Positions 1 to 10,451 of a stretch of DNA of 64,000 nucleotides are shown here, piece by piece (position 1 is the stretch's first letter; every line of letters starts with the position of its first letter). This DNA is from Eubacteriales bacterium (lineage in GTDB: Bacteria > Bacillota > Clostridia > Oscillospirales > CAG-272), in NCBI GenBank assembly GCA_045656985.1, contig JAZOSH010000014.1:6326-70325 (forward strand), in the 5' to 3' direction. The notes beneath the pieces are model-generated. The model did no database searches and was not told where the DNA came from. It worked only from the letters and a program-made list of their open reading frames with translations. Both the position numbers and the translations under genes were made by a program.

Positions 1-27
1 GATAGAGTATTAGGAAGGAAGATTTTA

Positions 28-2460
28 ATGAACAAGGATGTCCCTGTAAAGGAAGTAAAAAATGCCATAGTGGCAAAGCTTGAAAGATATTTCGGTTGTA
101 CCGCCTCTGAGGCTTCGCGCGATCAGCTTTATAAGGCAGTTGTAATGACCGTTAAGGATACACTTACTGATAAGAGAGGAAAATTCAAGCAGGAGATAAA
201 CGCAAAGGGCGAGAAAAGAGTGTACTATATGTGCATAGAGTTCTTGCTTGGTCGTTCGCTTCGCACAAGTCTCTGCAATCTCGGCGTTGCCGATAAATAT
301 AAGGAGGCGCTCGCAGAGCTTGGCGCCGACCTTGACGATATATACGAGTGTGAGCCTGACGCAGGTCGCGGCAACGGCGGTCTCGGCAGACTTGCTGCCT
401 GCTTTATGGACTCTCTTTCGTCACTTGACTACCCCGCAACAGGCTTTTCAATATGCTATGACTACGGTCTTTTCAAGCAGAAGATAGTTGACGGTATGCA
501 GGTAGAGCTGCCCGATATCTGGCTCCCCGGCGGCGAGGTTTGGCTCGTTCCGAGAACAGACAGAATATATCATGTAAAGCTTGGCGGCCGTGTCAGAGAA
601 GAGTGGAAGGACGGTCACCTTGATATAATCTATGAGGGCTATGATGAGATTGAGGCAGTTCCTTATGATATGATGATATCGGGTGCCGATTCAAAGGCAG
701 TCAGCCAGCTTCGCTTGTGGCGCGCAAGAGACACTCATAACTTTGATATGGCTCTCTTTACACAGGGACAGTATACAAAGGCACTTGAGGATAGCATCAA
801 TGCAGAAACCATCTCAAAGGTGCTCTATCCCTCCGATAATCACACCGAGGGTAAGCTGCTCCGTCTTTCACAGCAGTATTTCCTCGTCTCTGCATCTTGT
901 CAGAGCATAATCCGTGACCATATGGCGGTCTACGGCACACTTGATAACCTTGCGGATAAGGTGGCTGTTCATATAAACGATACCCATCCCGCACTCTGTA
1001 TTCCCGAGCTTATGAGAATACTCATTGACGAGTATTTCTTTGATTGGGACAGAGCTTGGAACACAGTTGTTCGTATCTGCTCTTATACTAACCACACTGT
1101 TATGCCCGAGGCACTTGAGACATGGAATGAGGATCTCTTCAAGCTCAAGCTCCCGAGAATCTATATGATAGTCAAGGAGATAAACGAGAGATTCTGTCGT
1201 GAGGCGTGGAAGAGCTTCCCCGGCAACTGGGACAGAATTTCGAAGATGAGTGTTGTAGGATACGGTCAGGTAAGAATGGCTAACCTTTCTGTAATAGGCT
1301 CTCACTCTATAAACGGCGTTTCAAAGCTTCACTCTGATATTCTTAAGCGCTCAACCTTTAAGGACTTCAATATGATGTATCCCGAGCGTTTCCACAATGT
1401 AACAAACGGAATTGCACACCGCCGTTGGCTTTGCTATTCAAATCCCGAGCTTGCAGCGCTTCTTGATGAATGTATCGGAACAGGCTACCGTCACGATTCA
1501 CTTCAGCTTGGCGAGTTTGCAAAATTTGCCGACGATAAGGAAGTGCTTCAGCGCGTAAGAGCTATAAAGCACGATAATAAGATCGCATTTGCAAAGCGCC
1601 TTTACGAAAAGGCAGGCAAGAAGCTTGATACCCACTCTATATTTGATGTACAGATTAAGAGACTTCACGAGTATAAGAGACAGCTTCTCAATGCTCTCAA
1701 TATAATCAATCTCTATCTTGATATTAAGGATAACCCTAATAAGGAGGTCGTACACAAGACCTTTATTTTCGGTGCAAAGGCAGCCCCCGGCTATATGATG
1801 GCAAAGAAGATAATCAAGCTTATCTATTGCATAGGTAAGGAGATAGAGAACGATCCCGTTGTACGCGACAAGATGTCGGTAGTATTCCTTGAGGATTACA
1901 ATGTTACAATGGCAGAGGCTCTTATTCCCGCTGCCGAGATAAGTGAGCAGATCTCTCTCTCAGGTAAGGAAGCTAGTGGAACAGGTTGTATGAAGCTTAT
2001 GATGAACGGTGCTATGACTATAGGCACACTTGACGGAGCGAATGTTGAGATGCTTGATGCGGTTGGCGAGGATAATATGTATATCTTCGGTCTTACAAGT
2101 AACGAGGTAGATGACCTCTGGCTTCGCGGATACAATTCTGTTGAATTTTATACGAATAACGACAGAATTCGTAGAATTATAAATCAGCTTATCATCGGCT
2201 TTGCAGGCGAGTCCTTTGCCGACATCGCGGCATATCTCACCACGGGCCCTGGTATTGCTGACCCCTTTATGTGTCTTGCTGACTTTGAGTCCTACAGGCT
2301 TACACATGAGCAGATGATAAAGGATTACTGCAATAAGGAAAAGTGGAACCGCATGTCGCTTATGAACATTGCCGCATCGGGATATTTCACAGCTGACCGT
2401 TCTATCGGTGAGTACGCAGAAAAATTCTGGAATATAAACAGACTTAACGAAAACAACTGA
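28..2460 (+). CDS. glgP: glycogen/maltodextrin phosphorylase (GT35)
   Basis: 810-aa ORF with the PLP-lysine signature EASGTGCMKLMMNGA and full-length alpha-glucan phosphorylase architecture. AGGAAGGA RBS precedes the ATG. Confidence 0.95.
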   Translation: MNKDVPVKEVKNAIVAKLERYFGCTASEASRDQLYKAVVMTVKDTLTDKRGKFKQEINAKGEKRVYYMCIEFLLGRSLRTSLCNLGVADKYKEALAELGADLDDIYECEPDAGRGNGGLGRLAACFMDSLSSLDYPATGFSICYDYGLFKQKIVDGMQVELPDIWLPGGEVWLVPRTDRIYHVKLGGRVREEWKDGHLDIIYEGYDEIEAVPYDMMISGADSKAVSQLRLWRARDTHNFDMALFTQGQYTKALEDSINAETISKVLYPSDNHTEGKLLRLSQQYFLVSASCQSIIRDHMAVYGTLDNLADKVAVHINDTHPALCIPELMRILIDEYFFDWDRAWNTVVRICSYTNHTVMPEALETWNEDLFKLKLPRIYMIVKEINERFCREAWKSFPGNWDRISKMSVVGYGQVRMANLSVIGSHSINGVSKLHSDILKRSTFKDFNMMYPERFHNVTNGIAHRRWLCYSNPELAALLDECIGTGYRHDSLQLGEFAKFADDKEVLQRVRAIKHDNKIAFAKRLYEKAGKKLDTHSIFDVQIKRLHEYKRQLLNALNIINLYLDIKDNPNKEVVHKTFIFGAKAAPGYMMAKKIIKLIYCIGKEIENDPVVRDKMSVVFLEDYNVTMAEALIPAAEISEQISLSGKEASGTGCMKLMMNGAMTIGTLDGANVEMLDAVGEDNMYIFGLTSNEVDDLWLRGYNSVEFYTNNDRIRRIINQLIIGFAGESFADIAAYLTTGPGIADPFMCLADFESYRLTHEQMIKDYCNKEKWNRMSLMNIAASGYFTADRSIGEYAEKFWNINRLNENN

Positions 2461-2474
2461 TAAGGAAATAGTTT

Positions 2475-4394
2475 ATGATAACCAAACTGACGCCTCGGGG
2501 CGAGCTTTTGCCGAGAATACGGAAGACCGTATCGGCAAAGGATGCCTCTCTCCTCGGCGCATTTGAATACGGAACAAAGCTTGATATTACTGTCGAGGCG
2601 CCGAGAAAGCTTGGCGCCTCGGCGGTGGTCTTGCGCGTTCGTTGCGATGACACCGGAGCCGAGAGGGATATACCTCTTGGCTTTTTGCATACCGAGGAGG
2701 GAGTTGATGTCTATTCAACAGAGCTTGACCTCGGTGAGTGGTGCGGAGAGTGCTGCTCGGGGCTTTTCTATTATGAATTGCTCTTTTTGCGCGGCTTTGA
2801 CACTCTTTTTACCGACAGCATAAATAATGTTGATTTCAACCTTTCGCCTCATTCCGCGCGCCACTTCAGGCTTCTCGTTTACGAGAAGGGCTTCAAAGCT
2901 CCTGCGTGGTTTTCGGGCGGAGTTATGTACCATATATTCGTAGACCGTTTTAAGCGCGGTGAGGGTGAGGTAGACCTTTCGCGGGAGGATGCCTTTATCA
3001 ATGAGGACTGGGACTGCGGAATACCACAGTATCCCGAAAGGCGCGGAGACCCGTTGCCGAACAATGTCTTTTTTGGTGGAAACCTATGGGGCGTTGCTGA
3101 AAAGCTTGATTATCTTGCTTCGCTTGGCATTACGGTCATCTATTTGAGCCCTGTTTTCAAGGCATATTCAAACCACAAATATGACACGGGAAACTATCTT
3201 GAGATAGATCCGATGTTCGGTGGAGAGAAGGCATTTGAGAGTCTTATTGCCAAAGCACGCGAGAAGGGAATAAAGATAATCCTCGACGGCGTTTTCAATC
3301 ACACAGGCGATGATAGCCTCTATTTTGATAAATACGGAAAGTATGGCAAAACAGGCGCATATTCAAACGAGAATTCTCCCTTCAGGGATTGGTTCTGCTT
3401 CCGCAATTATCCGGATGAATATGAATCGTGGTGGGGCATTGATATTCTGCCAAAGCTGAATCTTCACCGCGAGGAATGCAGAGAATATCTTGCACGAGAG
3501 GTTGCCGAAAAATATATAAATATGGGAATCGGCGGTTGGCGTCTTGATGTTGCCGACGAGCTTCCCGATGCCTTTCTTGACGAGCTTCGCTCAAATGTGA
3601 AGCGCGCCTCGGACGATGAAGGAATAATAATCGGTGAGGTTTGGGAAAATGCTGCAGAAAAGATGGCATACGGACATCGCCGCAGATATTTCAGAGGGCG
3701 GCAGCTTGATAGTGTGATGAACTATCCTCTGCGGAATGGTATACTTGCCTTTGTGCGTTACGGGGATGCAGAGCTGCTTTCGGATATACTCAAGGAGCTT
3801 TACTCCTCATACCCAAAGACGGTATGCGACAGTCTTATGAATATCCTCGGCACTCACGATACAGAGAGAGTGCTTACCCTGCTTGGAATGAGCGAGAGAG
3901 AGGAGAGAGGACTTTCAGATATGCCCAACGGACTGCTTTCGATAAAGAGGCTTGATGACAGGGCGTGTGCTGTAGCTGTAAAAAAGCTGAAGGTCGCTTC
4001 TGCTATTCAGTACACAGTCTTTGGTGTGCCTAGCGTATTTTACGGAGATGAGGCAGGACTTGAGGGGTATCATGACCCATTCTGCCGTATGCCCTATCCT
4101 TGGGGCAGAGAAAAGGATGAGCTCGTGTCACATTACACCGCGCTTGGCAGGCTTCGCCGAGAGCATTCGGTGTTTGCTGACGGAGAATTCAGAATTCTCA
4201 CTGCAGAGGATTCATTTATCGCATTCGAGCGGGCAAATGAGAACGAAAAAATCGTTGTGCTTGCAAATATGGGCAACCAATGTGTTGAATATTCGCTTTG
4301 CGGTAAGGAATCGCTTTCGGGTAAGGAATATGACGGCACAGTTGAGCCCGAAAGTGTGAAAATAATACTTTGCGAGAAGGAAGCGGAGGAATAA
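2475..4394 (+). CDS. cytoplasmic GH13 alpha-amylase-family enzyme (neopullulanase/cyclomaltodextrinase-like)
   Basis: GH13 conserved regions DGVFNHTG, GWRLDVADE, EVWE and LGTHDT are present. No signal peptide. Starts 14 nt after glgP. Confidence 0.85.
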   Translation: MITKLTPRGELLPRIRKTVSAKDASLLGAFEYGTKLDITVEAPRKLGASAVVLRVRCDDTGAERDIPLGFLHTEEGVDVYSTELDLGEWCGECCSGLFYYELLFLRGFDTLFTDSINNVDFNLSPHSARHFRLLVYEKGFKAPAWFSGGVMYHIFVDRFKRGEGEVDLSREDAFINEDWDCGIPQYPERRGDPLPNNVFFGGNLWGVAEKLDYLASLGITVIYLSPVFKAYSNHKYDTGNYLEIDPMFGGEKAFESLIAKAREKGIKIILDGVFNHTGDDSLYFDKYGKYGKTGAYSNENSPFRDWFCFRNYPDEYESWWGIDILPKLNLHREECREYLAREVAEKYINMGIGGWRLDVADELPDAFLDELRSNVKRASDDEGIIIGEVWENAAEKMAYGHRRRYFRGRQLDSVMNYPLRNGILAFVRYGDAELLSDILKELYSSYPKTVCDSLMNILGTHDTERVLTLLGMSEREERGLSDMPNGLLSIKRLDDRACAVAVKKLKVASAIQYTVFGVPSVFYGDEAGLEGYHDPFCRMPYPWGREKDELVSHYTALGRLRREHSVFADGEFRILTAEDSFIAFERANENEKIVVLANMGNQCVEYSLCGKESLSGKEYDGTVEPESVKIILCEKEAEE

Positions 4395-4395
4395 T

Positions 4396-4734
4396 ATGGG
4401 ACTTTTTTCAAAAATCTTTAAAAGAAAAAGCAAAAATCCCGATAGCAAGGCTTTTCGCTGGGAAATGGCAAGAAGCATTTGCGGCAAGCATATAAAATAT
4501 GTCACTGAAAAGAGAAACGGTGTTGATGAGGTAATAGGTCGCTCGGGCGGACTTAATATCCGCGATGATGAGCTTTTGGTCTTTGCCTCGGCTGATGTGC
4601 TCTTCAGATGTAAGATAGACGAGCTCCGCGCGTGGGAGCTCCTCTCAAAGGACGGCGTTGTGTTAACAGGTCCCGATCTTGAGCACGGCGGAGTTGAGAG
4701 AACGATAATAGCCTTCTATGTTTATTATAGATAA
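4396..4734 (+). CDS. hypothetical protein, 112 aa
   Basis: ATG lies 1 nt after the GH13 stop, suggesting translational coupling. I recognise no motif. Confidence 0.5.
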   Translation: MGLFSKIFKRKSKNPDSKAFRWEMARSICGKHIKYVTEKRNGVDEVIGRSGGLNIRDDELLVFASADVLFRCKIDELRAWELLSKDGVVLTGPDLEHGGVERTIIAFYVYYR

Positions 4735-4743
4735 GGGGAAGAT

Positions 4744-6108
4744 ATGGCAAGCATAAGAGATTACAGAATAGTTATTGCAAAGGATGCCACATTTAACGAG
4801 CTTCGTGCGGCAGATATAGTTTCAAGATATACAAAGCTCGTAACGGGGTATAATATTCCCATAGTAAGAGATGATACTCCCCCAATCGAGTGTGAGATAG
4901 CTATCGGAAGAACGGCGCGTGAGGCACTTGACGGACTTGCCTTTGACCGACAGGAGTGGCGCGAGTTTGATTTTCTTATAAAATATGTTGGTGAGAGACT
5001 CTACCTTGTTGGACTTGGGGTTGACCAGACCTATAAGAATGAGCCATTCCGTTCATATGTTTATATCAATGACGGAGAGTACGGAACAGTTCTCGCGGCA
5101 GAGCATTTTGTTGAGAATACGCTTGGCTGTGAGATAGTCTTTACACAGTACGATGGATTTGATGAAAAGAGTGATGTTACGATAGATGAGAGCGCCGAGT
5201 ATGACTATACTCGCGAGCGCTTTGATGCGGAACTACCCGTACGCATAGACGGAACGGCGATGTATTCCATTCCAAGCTCTAATCTTATTGCGCAGGACTG
5301 CACCGTTTTGCGAACAAAAGAGGGAAGACTTGTTGTTATTGACGGAGGCAGACATGGACAGGCAGAGCACATTGTAAGATGCCTTGAGGCACTTTCTGAC
5401 GGCAAGCCCGTTATAGAGGCTTGGCTGCTTTCACATCTTCACAAAGATCACTACGGTGTTCTTCACGATATTCTTGAGAGTGAGGAGCTCCGTTCAAGAA
5501 TAACTGTCAAGAAATTTTATCATCACCTTTTGCCCCTTGATTATTATATAGAAAAAGCCCCCGATAAGGAGGCGGTTTTTGAAGAAGTAATTGCCCGTCT
5601 TGAAACGATGAGAAATGTATGGGGGACAGAGATGTGCGAGGTCTCGGTAGGAGAGCACATAACTGTTGATGAGCTTGATTTCAAGGTGCTTCGCATACCC
5701 GTGCTTCACGAGGGAGAGCGTGTAATGGGAGTTAATGATTCAAGCGTTATCTACAAGCTTTTCACGCACGGACAGAGTGTGCTTTTCCTCGGCGATGCAG
5801 AGCAGAGATGTGACAGAGATCTTCTTGATGATTGTGCGGATGAGCTGAAGAGCGATGTTATGAAGATACCGCATCACGGAAACGGAAATCTTTCAAAGAA
5901 GTGTTATGCGGCGATCTCGCCGAAGCTTTTCTGGTTCCAGACCTGCGAGCGAGATTGGTATAGCGATGGCGGTGAGGGGCAGAGTACGAGAAATATAGGT
6001 ATGATACGCACTCATTATTACATAAAATCTCTCGGTACAGAAAGCAAGCGTATATTACGCGATTCAAAGGGATTAATCACTTTTGAATTTCCAATAAAGG
6101 GAATTTAA
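4744..6108 (+). CDS. two-domain protein: unknown N-terminal domain plus ComEC-type metallo-beta-lactamase-fold hydrolase
   Basis: MBL motifs SHLHKDHYG and IPHHGNG lie in the C-terminal half. The N-terminal ~180 aa is unassigned. Starts 9 nt after the previous ORF. Confidence 0.7.
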   Translation: MASIRDYRIVIAKDATFNELRAADIVSRYTKLVTGYNIPIVRDDTPPIECEIAIGRTAREALDGLAFDRQEWREFDFLIKYVGERLYLVGLGVDQTYKNEPFRSYVYINDGEYGTVLAAEHFVENTLGCEIVFTQYDGFDEKSDVTIDESAEYDYTRERFDAELPVRIDGTAMYSIPSSNLIAQDCTVLRTKEGRLVVIDGGRHGQAEHIVRCLEALSDGKPVIEAWLLSHLHKDHYGVLHDILESEELRSRITVKKFYHHLLPLDYYIEKAPDKEAVFEEVIARLETMRNVWGTEMCEVSVGEHITVDELDFKVLRIPVLHEGERVMGVNDSSVIYKLFTHGQSVLFLGDAEQRCDRDLLDDCADELKSDVMKIPHHGNGNLSKKCYAAISPKLFWFQTCERDWYSDGGEGQSTRNIGMIRTHYYIKSLGTESKRILRDSKGLITFEFPIKGI

Positions 6109-6160
6109 CAGTATGATTTTATCATTTTTTACAAAAAAGTAATTTTTTTTAAATAAGTAA

Positions 6161-6189
6161 TTGAAAAAGGCTACAAAATGGTGTATAAT
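6161..6189 (+). promoter_or_regulatory. SigA-type promoter TTGAAA-N17-TATAAT for the secreted-protein gene
   Basis: TTGAAA at 6161-6166, exact 17-nt spacer, TATAAT at 6184-6189, with TG immediately upstream. Confidence 0.6.
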
Positions 6190-6242
6190 GATACCATAGT
6201 TTTCTTGAAATAAAAAAATTATTATATTAAGGAGAAAGAAAA

Positions 6243-6782
6243 ATGAAGAAAATCATAGTTGTTACCCTCGCACTTGTAATGGCTCTTATGATGTGCGCAA
6301 GTGCCTTCGCAGTAGAGCATACCCAGACAGGAACACAGGATATTGATGTTAAGGCTCAGTATTCCGGCACAATCACAACCCCTAACAAGGTGTGCGTTGA
6401 CATTACTTGGGGAAAGATGGAATTCACATACAGCGAGGCAGGAACAAAGGATTGGGATGCAACCAAGCATGAGTACACAAATAACACAAGTGATACGTGG
6501 ACAGGTGAGGGCAACACAGTAACCGTTATCAATCACTCTAACATTCCTCTGACTATTTCGCTTGAGTTTAAAGCAGATGCTACTTATTCGCTTGTAACAG
6601 GTTCTTTTGGTGAAAAGGCTTCATTTGATCTTGACAGCGCGGTTAATACAAAGTATGACGAAGCTCCTAAGGATACGGCAACGCTCACACTTGACGGCCA
6701 GCTTGCAGACACTGTTTCGCAGATGACAAAGATCGGTTCTATTACAGTAACTATCGCTGAAAAGACTACAACAAATCCCTAA
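6243..6782 (+). CDS. secreted protein of unknown function, 179 aa
   Basis: N-terminal signal peptide MKKIIVVTLALVMALMMCASAFA with an AFA/V cleavage site. Strong AAGGAGAAAG RBS. Own promoter and terminator. Confidence 0.7.
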   Translation: MKKIIVVTLALVMALMMCASAFAVEHTQTGTQDIDVKAQYSGTITTPNKVCVDITWGKMEFTYSEAGTKDWDATKHEYTNNTSDTWTGEGNTVTVINHSNIPLTISLEFKADATYSLVTGSFGEKASFDLDSAVNTKYDEAPKDTATLTLDGQLADTVSQMTKIGSITVTIAEKTTTNP

Positions 6783-6794
6783 TGAAAACAATAA

Positions 6795-6828
6795 GCCCGA
6801 CAGACTTAAGTCTGTCGGGCAATTTTTT
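6795..6828. terminator. bidirectional intrinsic terminator between convergent genes
   Basis: Stem GCCCGACAGAC / GTCTGTCGGGC with loop TTAA, T-run at 6823-6828 and an A-rich 5' flank. Confidence 0.75.
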
Positions 6829-7249
6829 ATTTTCTTTCTGCCTTTGCCTCGCACCAGAGACAGCGGTAAATTCTGTGCTTCTCATCGGTGAGATTGAATA
6901 CATGGGGCAGCTCCTGCTCGGTTGATGTTATACATCTAGGGTTCTTGCAGAGAATAACATTGGTTATTCTTTTTGGCAGATCAAGCTTCTTTTTGTCAAC
7001 AAGAGTGCCGTTTTTGATGAATACGATGGTAGCGCCGGGATCAACATAACCGATAGCATCAAGGTCTATCTTAAACTCTCCGTCTATCTTGATAATATCC
7101 TTCTTGCCCATTTTATTGCTGTGGGCATTCTGAATGATAGCCACCTGGCACTCAAGCTTCTCCATTCCAAGCATGTTGTATATTTCAAGCGCCTTGCCGG
7201 CAGTGATATGGTCGATAACTATGCCGTTTACGATAGAATCTATATTCAT
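6827..7249 (-). CDS. pyrI: aspartate carbamoyltransferase regulatory subunit
   Basis: VIDHI motif and a C-terminal Zn domain (CKNPRCIT...CLWC). Overlaps the pyrB stop by 4 nt. Confidence 0.9.
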   Translation of the reverse strand: MNIDSIVNGIVIDHITAGKALEIYNMLGMEKLECQVAIIQNAHSNKMGKKDIIKIDGEFKIDLDAIGYVDPGATIVFIKNGTLVDKKKLDLPKRITNVILCKNPRCITSTEQELPHVFNLTDEKHRIYRCLWCEAKAERK

Positions 7250-8163
7250 ATCTGTACCTCCAAAAGCTTAAGAATAAGGCTCATACGCATTATTTTTCCG
7301 TTATATACCTGCTTGAAATAGCATGCGCGGGGATCGTTATCAATGGCAACGGCTATCTCGTTTACACGGGGCAGGGGATGGAGAATGGCAAGGTCGGGCT
7401 TTGCGGTCGCAAGCTTGTCGGGAGTGAGGATGTAACTGTCCTTGAGACGAAGATAATCCTCCTCGTTAAAGAATCTCTCGCGCTGAACTCTTGTCATGTA
7501 AAGTATATCAAGCTGGGGCATAACACTTTCAAGGTCTGTTGTTTGGATATACTCAATACCACTGTTTACAATGATGTCCTTTTTGATGTAGCTCGGCACC
7601 TTAAGCTCAACTGGTGAGATGAGCACAAACTTGATGCCCGTATATCTTGACATTGCCGAAATGAGCGAGTGTACAGTACGACCGAACTTGAGGTCTCCGC
7701 AAAAGCCTATGGTGAGGTTATCGAGTCTGCCTTTCTCGCGATGAATGGTAAGGATATCTGCAAGTGTCTGTGTTGGGTGATTGTGTCCGCCGTCACCTGC
7801 GTTGATAACGGGAACAGTTGCGTTCATAGAAGCCACAAGAGGTGCACCCTCCTTGGGGTGACGCATGGCAATGATATCCGCGTAGCAGGAGATGGTCTTT
7901 GCTGTGTCTGCTATGCTTTCTCCCTTTGCGGCAGACGATGAAGCCGCGCTTGCCATGGAAATTACATTTCCGCCAAGCTCATACATAGCCGCCTCAAAGG
8001 AAAGGCGGGTGCGTGTTGAAGGCTCAAAGAAAAGTGTAGCAAGCTTTTTGCCGTGGCATGCCTCACTGTATTTCGTGGGATTGGCTATGATATCCTCTGC
8101 GACCTCAATAAGCTCTGCGATCTCCTCAACAGAAAGCTCTTGAATATCAATAAGGCTTCTCAT
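7246..8163 (-). CDS. pyrB: aspartate carbamoyltransferase catalytic subunit
   Basis: Motifs STRTR, HPTQ and HPLPR are present. Confidence 0.95.
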   Translation of the reverse strand: MRSLIDIQELSVEEIAELIEVAEDIIANPTKYSEACHGKKLATLFFEPSTRTRLSFEAAMYELGGNVISMASAASSSAAKGESIADTAKTISCYADIIAMRHPKEGAPLVASMNATVPVINAGDGGHNHPTQTLADILTIHREKGRLDNLTIGFCGDLKFGRTVHSLISAMSRYTGIKFVLISPVELKVPSYIKKDIIVNSGIEYIQTTDLESVMPQLDILYMTRVQRERFFNEEDYLRLKDSYILTPDKLATAKPDLAILHPLPRVNEIAVAIDNDPRACYFKQVYNGKIMRMSLILKLLEVQI

Positions 8164-8810
8164 TATTTGCCGCCTCCGATCCAGGACTCGTCGGAAGGAT
8201 TATTTCTGAATGCAATAAGGCGTGCAACATCCTCGGGCTTGATATATCCCGTCTCTGCCGCAACCTCTGCGATAACATCAAAGTTTGTAAGGCTAACATT
8301 CTTGAGATCTGCTGCCGCAAGTCTGTCAATGCCCTTCTGCATGCCGTATGTGAAGATAGAAACTATACCAAGCACCTCGGCTCCAGCCTCACGAAGAGCA
8401 TCTGCAACCTCAATAACGCTACCGCCTGTTGAGATAAGATCCTCAACTATAACGACCTTGTCGCCCTTCTCAAGCTTGCCCTCAATTCTGTTCTGTCTGC
8501 CGTGATCCTTGTTGCCAGAGCGAACATAGCCCATAGGCATATCAAGAATGTGTGCTGTGATAGCAGCGTGCGCGATACCTGCGGTCGATGTACCCATAAG
8601 CACCTCGGCATCGGGGTAGTTCGCCTTAATAGTCTCTGCAAGTGCATTTTCAACATCGTCTCTTACCTCGGGAGCTGTGAGAGTGAGTCTGTTGTCACAG
8701 TAAACGGGGCTCTTTATGCCTGAAGCCCATGTGAAGGGCTCGTCGGGACGGAAAAATACTGCCTTTATTTTAAGCAGGTCCTTTGCTATAGTTACCTGAA
8801 TATCGTTCAT
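8163..8810 (-). CDS. pyrE: orotate phosphoribosyltransferase
   Basis: PRPP-binding loop [13 protein letters not shown]. Start moved to the ATG at 8810 (MNDIQVT...), which has a GGAGAA RBS. The track start at 8876 would overlap pyrF by 41 nt. Confidence 0.9.
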   Translation of the reverse strand: MNDIQVTIAKDLLKIKAVFFRPDEPFTWASGIKSPVYCDNRLTLTAPEVRDDVENALAETIKANYPDAEVLMGTSTAGIAHAAITAHILDMPMGYVRSGNKDHGRQNRIEGKLEKGDKVVIVEDLISTGGSVIEVADALREAGAEVLGIVSIFTYGMQKGIDRLAAADLKNVSLTNFDVIAEVAAETGYIKPEDVARLIAFRNNPSDESWIGGGK

Positions 8811-8835
8811 TTTTATGTTCTCCTTTTTATTTATT

Positions 8836-9540
8836 TCAGTCAACAAATTCATCAACGCATCTCTTGTAAGCGGCAACGGGGTCTGCTGCGGCGGTTATCG
8901 GTCTGCCAACAACGATATAATCCGAGCCTATTCTCTTTGCCTCTGCGGGTGTCATAACTCTTACCTGGTCGCCCTTGTCGCCATCTGCGAAGCGTACGCC
9001 GGGAGTTACAGTTACGAAATCCTTGCCGCAAACTGTGTGCACCTTTTCTGCCTCAAGGGGAGAGCAAACAACTCCGTCAAGTCCTGCGAGCTTTGCGTTG
9101 TGTGCATAATGCTCAACGACCTTGCCGATGTCCTCCTTGATAAGAAGGTCATTTTCCATTCTATCCTGTGAGGTTGAGGTGAGCTGTGTTACCGCGATGA
9201 GTATGGGGCGTGTGCCGTCAGGTCTTGTAAGTCCCTCAAGCGCTGCCTCCATCATAGCGATAGTGCCGCTTGCGTGAAGGTTGGTCATGTCGACATCAAG
9301 AGACGAAAGAACAGCCATAGCCTTCTTTACTGTGTTGGGGATATCGTGGAGCTTGAGGTCAAGGAATATCTTATGTCCTCTTTCCTTTATCTCCTTAACG
9401 ATTGCGGGTCCCTCTGCGTAGAAAAGCTCCATGCCTATCTTTACGAAAGGCTTTCTTTCTACCTCTGCGAACTTGTCAAGAAAGTTCATTACATCTGCCT
9501 TTGACGAAAAGTCACAGGCAATAATTACATCTTTTCCCAT
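8836..9540 (-). CDS. pyrF: orotidine-5'-phosphate decarboxylase
   Basis: [10 protein letters not shown] active-site motif. Confidence 0.95.
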   Translation of the reverse strand: MGKDVIIACDFSSKADVMNFLDKFAEVERKPFVKIGMELFYAEGPAIVKEIKERGHKIFLDLKLHDIPNTVKKAMAVLSSLDVDMTNLHASGTIAMMEAALEGLTRPDGTRPILIAVTQLTSTSQDRMENDLLIKEDIGKVVEHYAHNAKLAGLDGVVCSPLEAEKVHTVCGKDFVTVTPGVRFADGDKGDQVRVMTPAEAKRIGSDYIVVGRPITAAADPVAAYKRCVDEFVD

Positions 9541-10451
9541 TAGTGAGCACCTCCGATTATTTCACTTAAATTTTGGATTCTGTATTTATTCATAACGCGA
9601 GGAAGATCCTCGATTATTTCCTTTGCAGCCATGGGGTTGGGCAGATTTGCCGTTCCAACCTCAACGGCGGTAGCACCCGCCAGCATCATTTCAATTACAT
9701 CCTCGGCAGACGATACGCCACCCATTCCCACTATCGGTATTTTTACAGCCTCATAGACCTGATATATCATTCTGACTGCTACAGGCTTTATAGCGGGGCC
9801 CGAGAAGCCGCCCATCTTATTGGCAACGACAGGCTTTTTTGTCTTCAGATCAATCTTCATTCCGAGCATTGTGTTTATAAGGCTTATGCCGTCAGCACCT
9901 GCCTCCTCGCACGCTTTTGCGATGGATACAATGTCGGTGACATTGGGGGTGAGCTTTATGATTATAGGCTTGTTCGTGACCTTCTTTACCGCGCGGACAA
10001 CACTTGCTGCCGCTTCGGGAGAGGTGCCAAACGAAATTCCGCCGCCGTGTACATTGGGGCAGGAAACATTTACCTCAAACCATCCTATCTGCTCCTCGCC
10101 GTCAAGTCTGCGGCAGACCTCGGCGTACTCCTCAAGCGAAAATCCGCAGACATTAGCCATTACAGGCTTTGAAAAGCACTTTTTAAGCTCGGGAAGCTCG
10201 TGGGCGATAACTGCTTCAACGCCGGGGTTCTGAAGTCCTACCGAGTTTATCATGCCCTCTGCACACTCTGCGATTCTTGGGGTGGGATTGCCAAAGCGAG
10301 GCTCAAGAGTAGTTCCCTTGAAGGAAAAGCTGCCAAGACAGTTTATATCGTAAAGCTCGGCGTACTCATATCCGTAGCCAAAAGTTCCACTTGCGGGAAT
10401 TATGGGGTTATCAAGCTCGATGCCGAGCAAATTTACCTTCGTGTTTACCAC
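9540..10451 (-). CDS. pyrD: dihydroorotate dehydrogenase B, catalytic subunit
   Basis: Class 1B DHODH motifs ([14 protein letters not shown]) and pairing with pyrK. Confidence 0.95.
   Translation of the reverse strand: MVNTKVNLLGIELDNPIIPASGTFGYGYEYAELYDINCLGSFSFKGTTLEPRFGNPTPRIAECAEGMINSVGLQNPGVEAVIAHELPELKKCFSKPVMANVCGFSLEEYAEVCRRLDGEEQIGWFEVNVSCPNVHGGGISFGTSPEAAASVVRAVKKVTNKPIIIKLTPNVTDIVSIAKACEEAGADGISLINTMLGMKIDLKTKKPVVANKMGGFSGPAIKPVAVRMIYQVYEAVKIPIVGMGGVSSAEDVIEMMLAGATAVEVGTANLPNPMAAKEIIEDLPRVMNKYRIQNLSEIIGGAH

Noticed and set aside
8811-8876. N-terminal extensions in the ORF track. Affected genes are pyrE, atpE, atpD, hisD, hisIE, nusB, xseA, xseB, nadK, mnmA, the DRTGG gene at 32271, and the membrane genes at 58350 and 59041.
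   Set aside because: The extended starts use TTG, GTG or upstream ATG codons that overlap the preceding gene or a hairpin and lack an RBS. Downstream ATGs (TTG for the DUF212 gene) with GGAG-type RBSs also give the conserved N-termini.
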